Shown here piece by piece: positions 13,044 through 24,399 of a stretch of 64,000 bases of DNA. The position numbers were made by a program, and so were the translations under genes. Under the pieces are notes generated by a model, which had not been told where the DNA came from, searched no databases, and worked only from the letters and a program-made list of their open reading frames with translations. This DNA comes from Octopus vulgaris (taxonomy: Eukaryota). The stretch's first letter is position 1. Each line of letters starts with the position of its first letter. Where the stretch lies: contig OX597816.1 of NCBI GenBank assembly GCA_951406725.2, positions 117,242,001 through 117,306,000 of the forward strand, read 5' to 3'.

Positions 13044-14361
13044 ATGGAATCCCCCATCTCTTATTCACCTGTGACAAGTGATGCAGGATCACCGGCGGTG
13101 TCGCCAAAGAAAAAAGAGGCGGGGTCGCCAAGGAAAAAAGATATTCCAGCACCAGCGAGAAAATTTTCTGAAGTAGCTGGGAAGAAAATTAAAAAAATTA
13201 ATGTAGACAACCTGGGAAAACATGCGGACTGTGTGTCAAAAGAGGGCACGGAAGTAACCGTGGCTTCAAACGCCCAAATACAGGAGGAAATTTCGAATAG
13301 GAGAATAATCTATAAGACATTCAGTATAACAAGCAGAGCAATCCAAAAAATAGAGGAGAAAAAGATCGAAAACTGCTTAAAGCCAATAATGGATAAAATT
13401 ACGTATATCAATCGAGGGAAGAAATACGGCACAGTGGAAGTGAGATTCACGTCAGAGGAGGTAGCGAAGAAGCTATCCATGGAACCCATAAAAGCGGAGG
13501 ATATTGTTCTCCTACCCCTGTATAAAGGCAAGAGAACTTCCAAGATCACAATGAACAACATCCCGCCAGAAGCGGATGCCGAAGTCCTAGTGGCAGCAGT
13601 TATGGTAGGCCTGGAGGGAAAAAATAAACATCCTCCAGGCCACCGTAGAAGAAGAAGAATTCTGGAAAGGGCAAAAGATAATAATAGCCATACAAGCAGA
13701 AGTACAAACCCTGGAAGAGATCCCAGAGACTCTAAGGATAAGCGAAGATGAAAGAGTCACAGTCTTCGTAGAGGGCAGAAAGCCGAGGTGCTTCGGCTGC
13801 GGTAAGAAGGGTCATGTAAGGGCGGAATGCCAGCCCCAACCCAAACCGCAGGAAGCAGCTCAGCCAAGTGGAAAAGAAGAAGCCGTGTCATCAGAAACAG
13901 CGCTGGTCGGCCCAGGAGGGACGACTGAAGGTGTGGAGGTGACAGAGGCAGCGGAACCAACGGAGGAGGAAAAAAGAGCGAGGAAACGAAAAAGGAGGAG
14001 GGGTGGTCAAAAATCACTAGAAAAAAAAAAGAAAAACTGACCCCCCCCCCCCCCAAAGTAAACCAAAAAAAAAAAAGGGAGTCATTGAACTCATTTATGG
14101 CCGTTAAGGCCACAAACAATAGACTCGGAAATGTGTTGGCAGCGATGGCCAAAGTAGAAAAATAGGAGGAAAAACGACTATGTTTTGTACAGAATAGGCC
14201 GGAAGGATTACGGACGGATAAAGTCCGAATTTTTCCATGACGTAGGCCCGCTCAGAATGGATATAACATCTCCATATATATTCGAGGGCCTACGTCAGAC
14301 TCCCCCACGAGGCCCAGAAAAAGAGAAGGAAGAAGAAGAAAAAACCGAACCACTGATATAA
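13044..14361 (+). CDS. Tx1 ORF1 (RRM-like + CCHC zinc knuckle), frameshifted in homopolymer runs
   Basis: YGTVEVRFTSEE and CFGCGKKGHVRAEC. Frame reconstructed by comparison with copy 2. Ends ...EPLI-TAA 9 nt before ORF2. Confidence 0.75.
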
Positions 14362-14370
14362 AGGTAAGTA

Positions 14371-17300
14371 ATGGATTACATTTATGTTGGTTGTTTAAAT
14401 GTGCGCGGCCTGGGAGCAGGCTGGAAGCAAGGTCGCTTCCTGCATGATATCAGGTCGCGTAATTTAGATGTTATTGTTGCTACAGAAACCCGGTTAGAGG
14501 GGCCAAGAGGTCTACTCCCGCTGTTTGACGGCTACGAGAGTTTTTTCTCTCCTGGCAGTCCTACAGGCGGGAGTGGGGTGTTGGTCCTATTAAAAAGAAA
14601 CCGGGTTTCTGGGAAAAAGTTAATTTTTGCAGATCCAGAAGGTAGGCTGGTCGTCATGGATTTGACGTTCAGTAATGGTAAAGTTATCAGACTGGTTGCA
14701 ATTTACGCACCCAACCATACAGGGCAAAGTGATTATTTTCGTGAACTAGAAAACTTTCTTGGTACTTCGCATTCATTAGTGGTGCTAGGAGACTTTAACA
14801 CAATTTGCAAAGCGGATGTAGATTGTGTTGGCTCGCGTCCAGATAGGAAAGGTAACAGTGGCTTCATGGAACTGCTAAGCCGCTTTGAGCTAGCAGATCC
14901 TTACAGGCTGGAATTTCCGAACGCTCCATTGTGGACATGGTCAAACAGCGACGGATCTTCCAGGTCATATTTAGATAGAATACTAATTAGAAAAGTAGAC
15001 AGTAAAATAGCTAAGTGTCCACAGTTTTACCCGATCAGCTACAGTGATCATAAAATGGTCACTTGTAAGCTTGACATAGATAAGGTTAAAAATAGAGGAT
15101 CCGGTTACTGGAAACTTAATACGTCCCTTTTGGCGATTAAGGAGTACAAAGACCGGATTAGGAATATAATTCAGAGGGCACTATCTGGTACCATCATTAA
15201 TAACAAATGGTGGTACGCCCTCAAACGAGCCATCAAGTTTGAGTCTATTAGATATAGCATAGGAGTAGTGGCTAGAGAGGCTAGAAGGGAAACTACTCTA
15301 GTTAAGGAATTAGAGGAAGCCATGAAAACTGGCTCTGCGGCTCAGGTGGCGGCCAAGAGACTGGTGTTAAACCAGCACCTCGAGGCCAAACACATGGGCT
15401 GCATTGTCAGGGCTAGAATCCGTCATATGGGATGTGAAGGAATCAACGCCGTGAGATGGGCCCGAGTGGTGGAAGCTCAGCATGGTAACGATGCCACGAT
15501 TCGATCTTTGACGAACCAACAAGGTGAGTTGATAAACGAACCCGAGGAGATGTGTGAGGCCTTTCAGGAGCACTTCGCTCAGCTTTTCGGTGAGTGCGGC
15601 GGACTGGATAGGAGGAGGGCCTTTACGGACCTTCTCGACGGGCTGCCGCGCTTATCGGGGCGAGATGCGGAGGGCTGTGAAGGGCCAATCACGCCTGAGG
15701 AGGTGGTTGAGGCGATGGCGGACTGCGGCGCGGGCAAGGCGCCGGGTTTGGATGGTCTACCCTATGAGTTATATAAGAGTATGCCAGACTTGTTCGGGCA
15801 CCTACTGGCGGAGGTTTACGCGAACTGGCAGCAGAACGGGCTTATACCCAGATCTGTGCGCCGGGGAGTAGTGACTCTCGTCAGAAAGGACCCGAGCAAG
15901 GGGGAGTGCATTGATAATTTCAGGCCCATCACTCTGCTAAACACAGAGTTGAAGATTTTGGCCAAAGTGTTATCGAAAAGATTGGCGCGTGTCGCGGATG
16001 GTCTGATCGGAGGGGCACAGACATGTGCCGTTCCGGGCAGATCCATTCAGGATAATCTCCATCTAATGCGGTACACTATAGAGGGGTTTAATAGTGATTC
16101 TGGCAAGGGTGGGGCACTGGTCCATTTAGACCAATCTAAAGCTTTTGATAGGGTCGACCATCGTTACCTGGTATCTGACCAGGCACAGTTCGGGCTGAGC
16201 CTTGGCTTCCTCAGGTGGATTATCGAAATTTATGATAACATCGACTCGGTAGTTCGGGTGAACGGCTTCTTGTCGAAGCCGTTCAAAATCAAACGCTCGG
16301 TTCGTCAAGGGTGTCCGCTCTCCCCGCTTTTGTACGTGATGGCTCTTGAGCCATTACTGCGAAAACTGAGCGGCATCCCGAGACAGCCAGGTAATGGAAA
16401 ATCAGTGTCAGCGTACGCGGATGACATCACCATCATCGTAACCGAAATGGACCACCTATGTAAAGTAGGCAAGGCCATAGAGGTTTACGAGACGGTGACA
16501 GGAGCAAAAGTGAATCGCGAAAAGTCAGTCGGCTTGCAACTCGGCACCTGGAGAGGCAAGTCGATGCCTCCTGACAGCGTCGTGGGACGTTGGACGGAGG
16601 GTCCGATTAAACTGCTAGGGGTCTGGTTCGGTCCAGACCTCCAAATAGAGAAGAATTGGGGCGAGGTAACGAGCAAGGTGGCTGCAGTAGCCAAGACCTG
16701 GTCTTGGCGGTGGCTATCCCTGAAAGGGAGGGCGGAGGTGGCCAATGTGTTTATCGCATCGGTTATCACCTACCGCCTTTCCGTCGTTCCTTGCCCTGAT
16801 TCGTGGTTGATCAAGTTGGAAATACAGCTCTTCTACTTCTTGTGGAAGGGCGGGAAACCACTTGTGAAACGCTCTACTTGCTGTCAACAACCGTTAAAGG
16901 GTGGGCTAGGGATGCCTTGGCTGATGATGCGCAGACATGCGCTGAGGTTAAGACATCTGTGGCTCTACCTGGATGGTGAACGGGTGTGGTCTTCGCTAGC
17001 AAAACTGATGTTTCCCAAGTTCACTAGTTTCGGTGGATGGGAAACCTGGCTGAATCGTAGATCGAAACTTGGTACTTGGTACACGGAGTGTCGCAAGGCT
17101 TTCCTGCTATTCCGTCGCTCGGGCAACGCCTGCGGTGGGGGTTCCACCACATTCTTCTATAGAGGGTTGGTAGAGGCGGAATGTGAAGATACCTTGGGGG
17201 AAACCCTGGGTCTCGACGATAATCAGCTGGCCAGTCTGTTCCGACGTACGTTCAGGCCGAGGACACTGGACAACTTCCAGAAGTCTCTGGCATGGCAATG

Positions 17301-17766
17301 CTACAGAGGAGCTCTACCTGTTCGGGATAAACTCGCAAGGCATGGTGGCCAAGACAGTCCGATATGTCCAAGATGCGGGCGGGATAGGGAAACCGTCCCG
17401 CACGCTATTGTTCATTGTCCGGACGTGTCTGAGGTGTGGGTTTATGCCGAACAGCTGTTGTCAGGTACACGAAGAGTACAGCTGTCGACTGAGTCGATTA
17501 CAAAAATTGACCCACCGGATTTCCTCGTGAATGAAGGTAAGTTTCGTTTTCTCGTTGTAGTAGCAATCGCGAAAGAGGTGATATGGAAGACGAGAATGAA
17601 AGGTTTACAGTCAGGCAAGTTCATCTCCGGCCCTGGTTTGATGAATTATTTCATCTTTCACCTGAAAAGGAAGATAGGGCTGGAGAGAATATGCCTGACT
17701 AGGAGAGTGTATGAAGAACGATGGAAGGATGTAGCACGGAAGTTGCGAATGAAAGTTACAACATAA
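14371..17766 (+). CDS. Tx1 ORF2: AP-endonuclease + reverse transcriptase + C-terminal zinc finger (1131 aa, uninterrupted)
   Basis: EN motifs LNVRG, ATET, GDFN, YLDRI, SDH. Also YWKLN, PGLDG, FRPITLLN, DQSKAFDRV, RQGCPLSP, YADD and CPRC...HAIVHC. Confidence 0.95.
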   Translation: MDYIYVGCLNVRGLGAGWKQGRFLHDIRSRNLDVIVATETRLEGPRGLLPLFDGYESFFSPGSPTGGSGVLVLLKRNRVSGKKLIFADPEGRLVVMDLTFSNGKVIRLVAIYAPNHTGQSDYFRELENFLGTSHSLVVLGDFNTICKADVDCVGSRPDRKGNSGFMELLSRFELADPYRLEFPNAPLWTWSNSDGSSRSYLDRILIRKVDSKIAKCPQFYPISYSDHKMVTCKLDIDKVKNRGSGYWKLNTSLLAIKEYKDRIRNIIQRALSGTIINNKWWYALKRAIKFESIRYSIGVVAREARRETTLVKELEEAMKTGSAAQVAAKRLVLNQHLEAKHMGCIVRARIRHMGCEGINAVRWARVVEAQHGNDATIRSLTNQQGELINEPEEMCEAFQEHFAQLFGECGGLDRRRAFTDLLDGLPRLSGRDAEGCEGPITPEEVVEAMADCGAGKAPGLDGLPYELYKSMPDLFGHLLAEVYANWQQNGLIPRSVRRGVVTLVRKDPSKGECIDNFRPITLLNTELKILAKVLSKRLARVADGLIGGAQTCAVPGRSIQDNLHLMRYTIEGFNSDSGKGGALVHLDQSKAFDRVDHRYLVSDQAQFGLSLGFLRWIIEIYDNIDSVVRVNGFLSKPFKIKRSVRQGCPLSPLLYVMALEPLLRKLSGIPRQPGNGKSVSAYADDITIIVTEMDHLCKVGKAIEVYETVTGAKVNREKSVGLQLGTWRGKSMPPDSVVGRWTEGPIKLLGVWFGPDLQIEKNWGEVTSKVAAVAKTWSWRWLSLKGRAEVANVFIASVITYRLSVVPCPDSWLIKLEIQLFYFLWKGGKPLVKRSTCCQQPLKGGLGMPWLMMRRHALRLRHLWLYLDGERVWSSLAKLMFPKFTSFGGWETWLNRRSKLGTWYTECRKAFLLFRRSGNACGGGSTTFFYRGLVEAECEDTLGETLGLDDNQLASLFRRTFRPRTLDNFQKSLAWQCYRGALPVRDKLARHGGQDSPICPRCGRDRETVPHAIVHCPDVSEVWVYAEQLLSGTRRVQLSTESITKIDPPDFLVNEGKFRFLVVVAIAKEVIWKTRMKGLQSGKFISGPGLMNYFIFHLKRKIGLERICLTRRVYEERWKDVARKLRMKVTT

Positions 17767-18257
17767 ATGTAATACCAAGTGCAACCAAAAGTATCAGTGG
17801 GGAGGCGGGGCTCGTGGGGTCCGAGCTAAACCCGCACCCACTCCACCCGTAATGTCTTCCGGTCTGTCCTATCACTCGATTTCTGTCCATTTATTGTAAT
17901 TCATGAAAATTTTTAAACCCGATTTATTGTAAAAACTCATTCGTTTGTCTGACCCCATCATCAGATTGTATTGTCCCATCTGTGTTCGCCCCTTGTGGGT
18001 AATAATAAAACAACCTGTGGAGTCAGACGATTTAACATCTGTCTGAAATCAATTTTTTGCGTGTATAGTAAGTTATTATATTGTGTATATTTTCTCCATT
18101 GTGATCTACTGTGTGTCTAGCTGTCTTTCTGTGTTGTTGTACAACTATTGAAGTCGGCCTTCGTGCGAGGGCTTCGTGTTGGTGTTCCCCCCTCCGCGGG
18201 GGAAAAACTATCATTATCTTGGTTGTGCCAAGGGCTTGCTAAAGCCAGTTATCGGAG

Positions 18258-19576
18258 ATGGAATCCCCCATCTCTTATTCACCTGTGACAAGTGATGCAG
18301 GATCACCGGCGGTGTCGCCAAAGAAAAAAGAGGCGGGGTCGCCAAGGAAAAAAGATATTCCAGCACCAGCGAGAAAATTTTCGGAAGTAGCTGGCAAAAA
18401 AATTAAAAAAATTAATGTGGAAAACCTAAAAAAACATGCGGACTGTGTGTCAAAAGAGGGCACGGAAGTAACCGTGGCTTCAAACGCCCAAAAACAGGAG
18501 GAAATTTCAAATAGGAGAATAATTTATAAGACCTTCAGTATAACAAGCAGATCAATACAAAAAATAGAGGAGAAAAAAATCGAAAATTGCTTAAAGCCGA
18601 TAATGGATAAAATTACATATATCAATCGAGGGAAGAAATACGGCACAGTGGAGGTAAGATTCACATCAGAGGAGGTAGCGAAGAAGCTATCCATGGAACC
18701 CATAAAAGCGGAGGATATTGTTCTCCTACCCCTGTATAAAGGCAAGAGAACTTCCAAGATCACAATGAATAACATTCCGCCAGAAGCGGATGCCGAAGTT
18801 CTGGTGGCAGCAGTTATGGTAGGCCTGGAGGAAAAAATAAACATCCTCCAGGCCACCGTAGAAGAAGAAGATTTCTGGAAAGGGCAAAAGATAATAATAG
18901 CCATCCAAGCAGAAATACAAACCCTGGAAGAGATCCCAGAGACTCTAAAGATAAGCGAAGATGAAAGAGTCACAGTCTTCGTAGAGGGCAGAAAGCCGAG
19001 GTGCTTCGGCTGCGGTAAGAAAGGGCATGTAAGGGCGGAATGCCAGCCCCAACCCAAACCGCAGGAAGCAGCTCAGCCAAGTGGAAAAGCAGAAGCCGTG
19101 TCATCAGAAACAGCGCTGGTCGGCCCAGGAGGGACGACTGAAGGTGTGGAGGTGACAGAGGCAGCGGAACCAACGGAGGAGGAAAAAAAGAGCGAGGAAA
19201 CGAAAAAGGAGGAGGGGTAGTCAAAAATCACTAGAAAAAAAAGAAAAACTGAAACCACCCCTCACAAAGTAAACCAAAAAAAAAAAAAAGGGAGTCATTG
19301 AACTCATTTATGGCCGTTAAGGCCACGAACAATAGACTCGGAAATGTATTGGCAGCGATGGCCAAAGTAGAAAAAATAGGGAGGAAAAATGACTATGTAT
19401 TGTACAGAATAGGCCGGAAGGATTACGGACGGATAAAGTCCGAATTTTTCCATGACGTAGGCCCGCTCAGAATGGATATAACATCTCCATATATATTCGA
19501 GGGCCTACGTCAGACTCCCCCACGAGGCCCAGAAAAAGAGAAGGAAGAAGAAGAAAAAACCGAACCACTGATATAA
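18258..19576 (+). pseudogene. ORF1 of copy 2, premature stop (TGG>TAG at 19218-19220)
   Basis: ORFs 18258-19220 and 19298-19576. Near-identical to copy 1. Confidence 0.75.
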
Positions 19577-19585
19577 AGGTAAGTA

Positions 19586-21505
19586 ATGGATTACATTTAT
19601 GTTGGTTGTTTGAATGTGCGCGGCCTGGGAGCAGGCTGGAAGCAAGGTCGCTTCCTGCATGATATCAGGTCGCGTAATTTAGATGTTATTGTTGCTACAG
19701 AAACTCGGTTAGAGGGGCCAAGAGGTCTACTCCCGCTGTTTGACGGCTACGAGAGTTTTTTCTCTCCTGGCAGTCCTACAGGCGGGAGTGGGGTGTTGGT
19801 CCTATTAAAAAGAAACCGGGTTTCTGGGAAAAAGTTAATTTTTGCAGATCCAGAAGGTAGGCTGGTCGTCATGGATTTGACGTTCAGTAATGGTAAAGTT
19901 ATCAGACTGGTTGCAATTTACGCACCCAACCATACAGGGCAAAGTGATTATTTTCGTGAACTAGAAAACTTTCTTGGTACTTCGCATTCATTAGTGGTGC
20001 TAGGAGACTTTAACACAATTTGCAAAGCGGATGTAGATTGTGTTGGCTCGCGTCCAGATAGAAAAGGCAACAGTGGCTTCATGGAACTGCTAAGCCGCTT
20101 TGAGCTAGCAGATCCTTATAGGCTGGAATTTCTGAACGCTCCATTGTGGACATGGTCAAACAGCGACGGATCTTCCAGGTAACCGAAATGGACCACCTAT
20201 GTAAAGTAGGCAAGGCCATAGAGGTTTACGAGACGGTGACAGGAGCAAAAGTGAATCGCGAAAAGTCAGTCGGCTTGCAACTTGGCACCTGGAGAGGCAA
20301 GTCGATGCCTCCTGACAGCGTCGTGGGACGTTGGACGGAGGGTCCGATTAAACTGCTAGGGGTCTGGTTCGGTCCAGACCTCCAAATAGAGAAGAATTGG
20401 GGCGAGGTAACGAGCAAGGTGGCTGCAGTAGCCAAGACCTGGTCTTGGCGGTGGCTATCCCTGAAAGGGAGGGCGGAGGTGGCCAATGTGTTTATCGCAT
20501 CGGTTATCACCTACCGCCTTTCCGTCGTTCCTTGCCCTGATTCGTGGTTGATCAAGTTGGAAAGACAGCTCTTCTACTTCTTGTGGAAGGGCGGGAAACC
20601 ACTTGTGAAACGCTCTACTTGCTGTCAACAACCGTTAAAGGGTGGGCTAGGGATGCCTTGGCTGATGATGCGCAGACATGCGCTGAGGTTAAGACATCTG
20701 TGGCTCTACCTGGATGGTGAACGGGTGTGGTCTTCGCTAGCAAAACTGATGTTTCCCAAGTTCACTAGTTTCGGTGGATGGGAAACCTGGCTGAATCGTA
20801 GATCGAAACTTGGTACTTGGTACACGGAGTGTCGCAAGGCTCTCCTGCTATTCCGTCGCTCGGGCAACGCCTGCGGTGGGGGTTCCACCACATTCTTCTA
20901 TAGAGGGTTGGTAGAGGCGGAATGTGAAGATACCTTGGGGAAACCCTAGGTCTCGACGATAATCAGCTGGCCAGTCTGTTCCGACGTACGTTCAAGCCGA
21001 GGACACTGGACAACTTCCAGAAGTCTCTGGCATGGCAATGCTACAGAGGAGCTCTACCTGTTCGGGATAAACTCGCAAGGCACGGTGGCCAAGACAGTCC
21101 GATATGTCCAAGATGCGGGCGGGATAGGGAAACCGTCCCGCACGCTATTGTTCATTGTCCGGACGTGTCTGAGGTGTGGGTTTATGCCGAACAGCTGTTG
21201 TCAGGTACACGAAGAGTACAGCTGTCGACTGAGTCGATTACAAAAATTGACCCACCGGATTTCCTCGTGAATGAAGGTAAGTTTCGTTTTCTCGTTGTAG
21301 TAGCAATTGCGAAAGAAGTGATATGGAAGACGAGAATGAAAGGTTTACAGTCAGGCAAGTTCATCTCCGGCCCTGGTTTGATGAATTACTTCATATTTCA
21401 CCTGAAAAGGAAGATAGGGCTGGAGAGAATATGCCTGACTAGAGAGTGTATGAAGAACGATGGAAGGATGTAGCACGAAAGTTGCAAATGAAAGTTACAA
21501 CATAA
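19586..21505 (+). pseudogene. ORF2 of copy 2: endonuclease N-terminus fused out of frame to the post-RT region
   Basis: ORFs 19586-20182, 20146-20949 and 21165-21473 match parts of 14371-17766. Confidence 0.85.
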
Positions 21506-22139
21506 ATGTAATACCAAGTGCAACCAAAAGTATCAGTGGGGAGGCGGGGCTCGTGGGGTCCGAGCTGAACCCGCACCCACTCCATCTGTAATGTCTTCCG
21601 GTCTATTCCATCATTCGATTTTGTGTGTATTCTTGTAATTTCATGATATTTTTAAATCCGATTTTGTGTAAAAACCATCCGTATGTCTGACCCCAAATCA
21701 GATTGTTTCGTCCCCTCTATGTTCGCCCCTTGTGGGTAGTAATAAAACAACCTGTGGAGTCAGACTGAGTATCTCGCGATTAAGTTTTGAATCACCGCTA
21801 CAGTATCCATCCTTCCTTTTTTGAATTATTAAAATCTACCGAAAAATTTAGCACAAATCTTGGAAAGATTAATATTTCAGAACAATGGTGAAAACTAACT
21901 TGAATTCCATTTATAAAATCCATATAAGCGAAACTCTAAATACATAGAAGCCTCTTATTTATATCAATATGCTTAATATACAGGACAAGAAAACTCAGGT
22001 TCGACTACACTTTGGGATCATTTTCGTCATATATGAGCTTAAATTTTATATCTTTAATTGCACGGAAGAACAGGCAGTAGTTATGGCCACTGCAAATTCC
22101 CTGAAACCGTTGAAATTGACACTGTTGATTCTCAATTAC

Positions 22140-22410
22140 AGTGAGGCCTAGTTGTAGCAATTTTGAAGATTCTAGTTCATGTTTTAGGGGAATTGGAGTA
22201 TAATATTGTTTGATTGGTATATGAGTGAATGTGCCTGTGCTGTTGAAGGAGACAAGATTGCATAACTGGAGAATGTTTTCGAGGTTTCTGTTCATAGAGG
22301 ATGTGCAAATTTGGTGTTGGGAATCTAGATTGCATGTAGATGGGGAAAATTAGAATGAAGGTGTCATCTGCTAGGACTAGGCGTTGTTGGAGGTGACATC
22401 GTTGATGTTT
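22140..22410 (-). mobile_element. Highly decayed LINE RT fragment
   Basis: LADDT and NRNLENILQLCNLVSFNS resemble the xADD / post-ADD region of CR1/Jockey RTs. Confidence 0.4.
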
Positions 22411-23044
22411 CGGAGGAAAAGTGTAGGATAATACAGTATGAGTCAAAGAGAGCTCCATCACCACACGCAGGGATGATGCTGACAGGAAACCTCCAATCCG
22501 AAAAGCAAAAGACACATGGAGCCTATAGACAGATAGTCCACCCCAGAAGATCCACATACTAGACACATTCCGGCATGCAAGAACCAAGAAGTGATATGAC
22601 CGTTGCAGTCACTGAAGACATTAATTACGGAGAGCGACGAAGTCAGATACATGTTTTCTTTATAGGACATGTTCCTGCCATCATTGGTAGTTGGAGGGAT
22701 TTGAGGAGTGACAGAAGTAACTGTTCTATTTAGAGGAATGGAAAAGGGAAACTTTGAACCAGAGAAATGAAAAAGATTGAAAATTGGCAGCCAAACAGAA
22801 AAGATCCATGGCTGTATTATATCATATTAATACTAATATTATTTTTTAACCTAAACACAAAGTTGATAATCCCCAAAACACTAAGATATCAAACTAAGTT
22901 CACATAAAGCAGCCAAGCTTAAATAATTAATTTTTCTAATAAAAAAGAGCAAAATTAATATCACGTGAACGAAGGAGTTTCTACACTGTCGCTCAGCCTG
23001 CTAGAAATAGCAGCCAATTCTTCCTCAAATTATACCCTACTATA

Positions 23045-23206
23045 GGCGCAGGAGTGAGTGTGTACTGAGTAGCTTGCTTACCAACCACATGGTTCTGGGT
23101 TCAGTCTCATAGCGTGGCACCTTGGACTAGTGTCTTCTACCATAGCCTTGGGCCGACCAAAGCCTTGTGAGTGGATTTGGTAGACAGAAACTGAAAGAAG
23201 CCCGTC

Positions 23207-23263
<57 letters not shown>

Positions 23264-23470
23264 GTTTGTGTGTCTGTGTTTGTCCCCCCCAAACATCGCT
23301 TGACAACCGATGCTGGTGTGTTTACGTCCCCGTAACTTAGCGGTTCGACAAATAGACCGATAGAATAAGTACTAGGCTTACAAAGAATAAGTTCTGTGGT
23401 CGATTTTCTCGACTAAAGGGGGTGCTCCAGCATGGCCACAGTCAAATGACAGAAACAAGTGAAAGAGTAC
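23045..23470 (+). mobile_element. tRNA-head SINE with internal (TA)n, full-length
   Basis: ggcgcaggagtg...ggttcagtc...gtggcaccttgg...gaagcccgtcg(ta)n...gtgctccagcatggccacagtcaaatgac. Multiple copies in the window. Confidence 0.85.
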
Positions 23471-23487
23471 TAAAAAAAAAGGCAATG

Positions 23488-24399
23488 TTTCGTTTGTCGT
23501 AGCACACGTTTCCGTCAATTTCCGTAAAAAATGTAAACACTGAATCGGCCATACATACATACATACATACATACACACACACACATACATAGATACATAC
23601 ACACACACACATACATACAGACATACATATACACATACACCGAGTAAAAAATTACACTGAATCGGCCATACACACACACATACTTACACACACACACATA
23701 CATAGATACATACACACACACACACATACATATACACATACACCGAGTAAAAAATGTCAGTTATCTCTCTCTTTCACACATTACTCTCTTTGTCTCTTCG
23801 CACACACTAACAGAAGCACTTCACTTACACAACATACTGTTTGTCTCCCACACCCCATCAAACACACACACGGGGACTTCAAAAAGAAATTCCCTCGTCA
23901 TAAAATCGCTTCCTCTTAGTCTCTTTCGCTCTCATTACTTCAAATATTCCCGCAAAGCCATACTCTTTACTCTTTTACTTGTTTCAGTCATTTGACTGCG
24001 GCCATGCTGGAGCACCGCCTTTAGTCGAGCAAATCGACCCCGGGACTTATTCTTTGTAAGCCCAGTACTTATTCTATCGGTCTCTTTTGCCGAACCGCTA
24101 AGTGACGGGGACGTAAACACACCAGCATCGGTTGTCAAGCAATGCTAGGGGACAAACACAGACACACAAACATATACACACATATATATATATATATACA
24201 TATATACGACAGGCTTCTTTCAGTTTCCGTCTACCAAATCCACTCACAAGGCATTGGTCGGCCCGAGGCTATAGCAGAAGACACTTGCCCAAGATGCCAC
24301 GCAGTGGGACTGAACCCGGAACGATGTGGTTGGTTAGCATATGTAAAAAAATAAAAGTTTTTTACGGAAATCGACGGAAACGTGTGCTAAAAAACGAAA
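23488..24399. mobile_element. MITE-like element with ~32-45-bp TIRs, containing microsatellites and a nested SINE
   Basis: tagcacacgtttccgtcaatttccgtaaaaaa (23500-23531) is the inverse of ttttttacggaaatcgacggaaacgtgtgcta (24358-24389), 1 mismatch. Confidence 0.65.
23961..24339 (-). mobile_element. tRNA-head SINE (same family as 23045)
   Basis: Reverse complement of the 23045-23470 element. Confidence 0.85.

Larger units (their letters stand above)
12815..18012 (+). mobile_element. Full-length Tx1/L1-clade non-LTR retrotransposon, copy 1
   Basis: 5'UTR, ORF1, intact ORF2 and 3'UTR with AATAAA. Flanked by the 16-bp direct repeat acctgtggagtcagac (12799-12814, 18013-18028). Confidence 0.92.
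18029..21749 (+). mobile_element. Tx1/L1-clade retrotransposon copy 2, with a 1474-bp internal deletion removing the RT
   Basis: Same 5' end as copy 1. Junction tcttccagGTaaccgaa at 20179-20180 joins copy-1 positions 14965 and 16440. Followed by a third 16-bp target copy at 21750-21765. Confidence 0.92.

Noticed and set aside
14964-16437. Copy-2 deletion as a spliced-out intron (starts CAG|GT)
   Set aside because: The deleted segment ends …catcatc, not AG. Microhomology explains it better.
23045-23130. tRNA gene
   Set aside because: tRNA-like head of a multi-copy SINE. No convincing cloverleaf.
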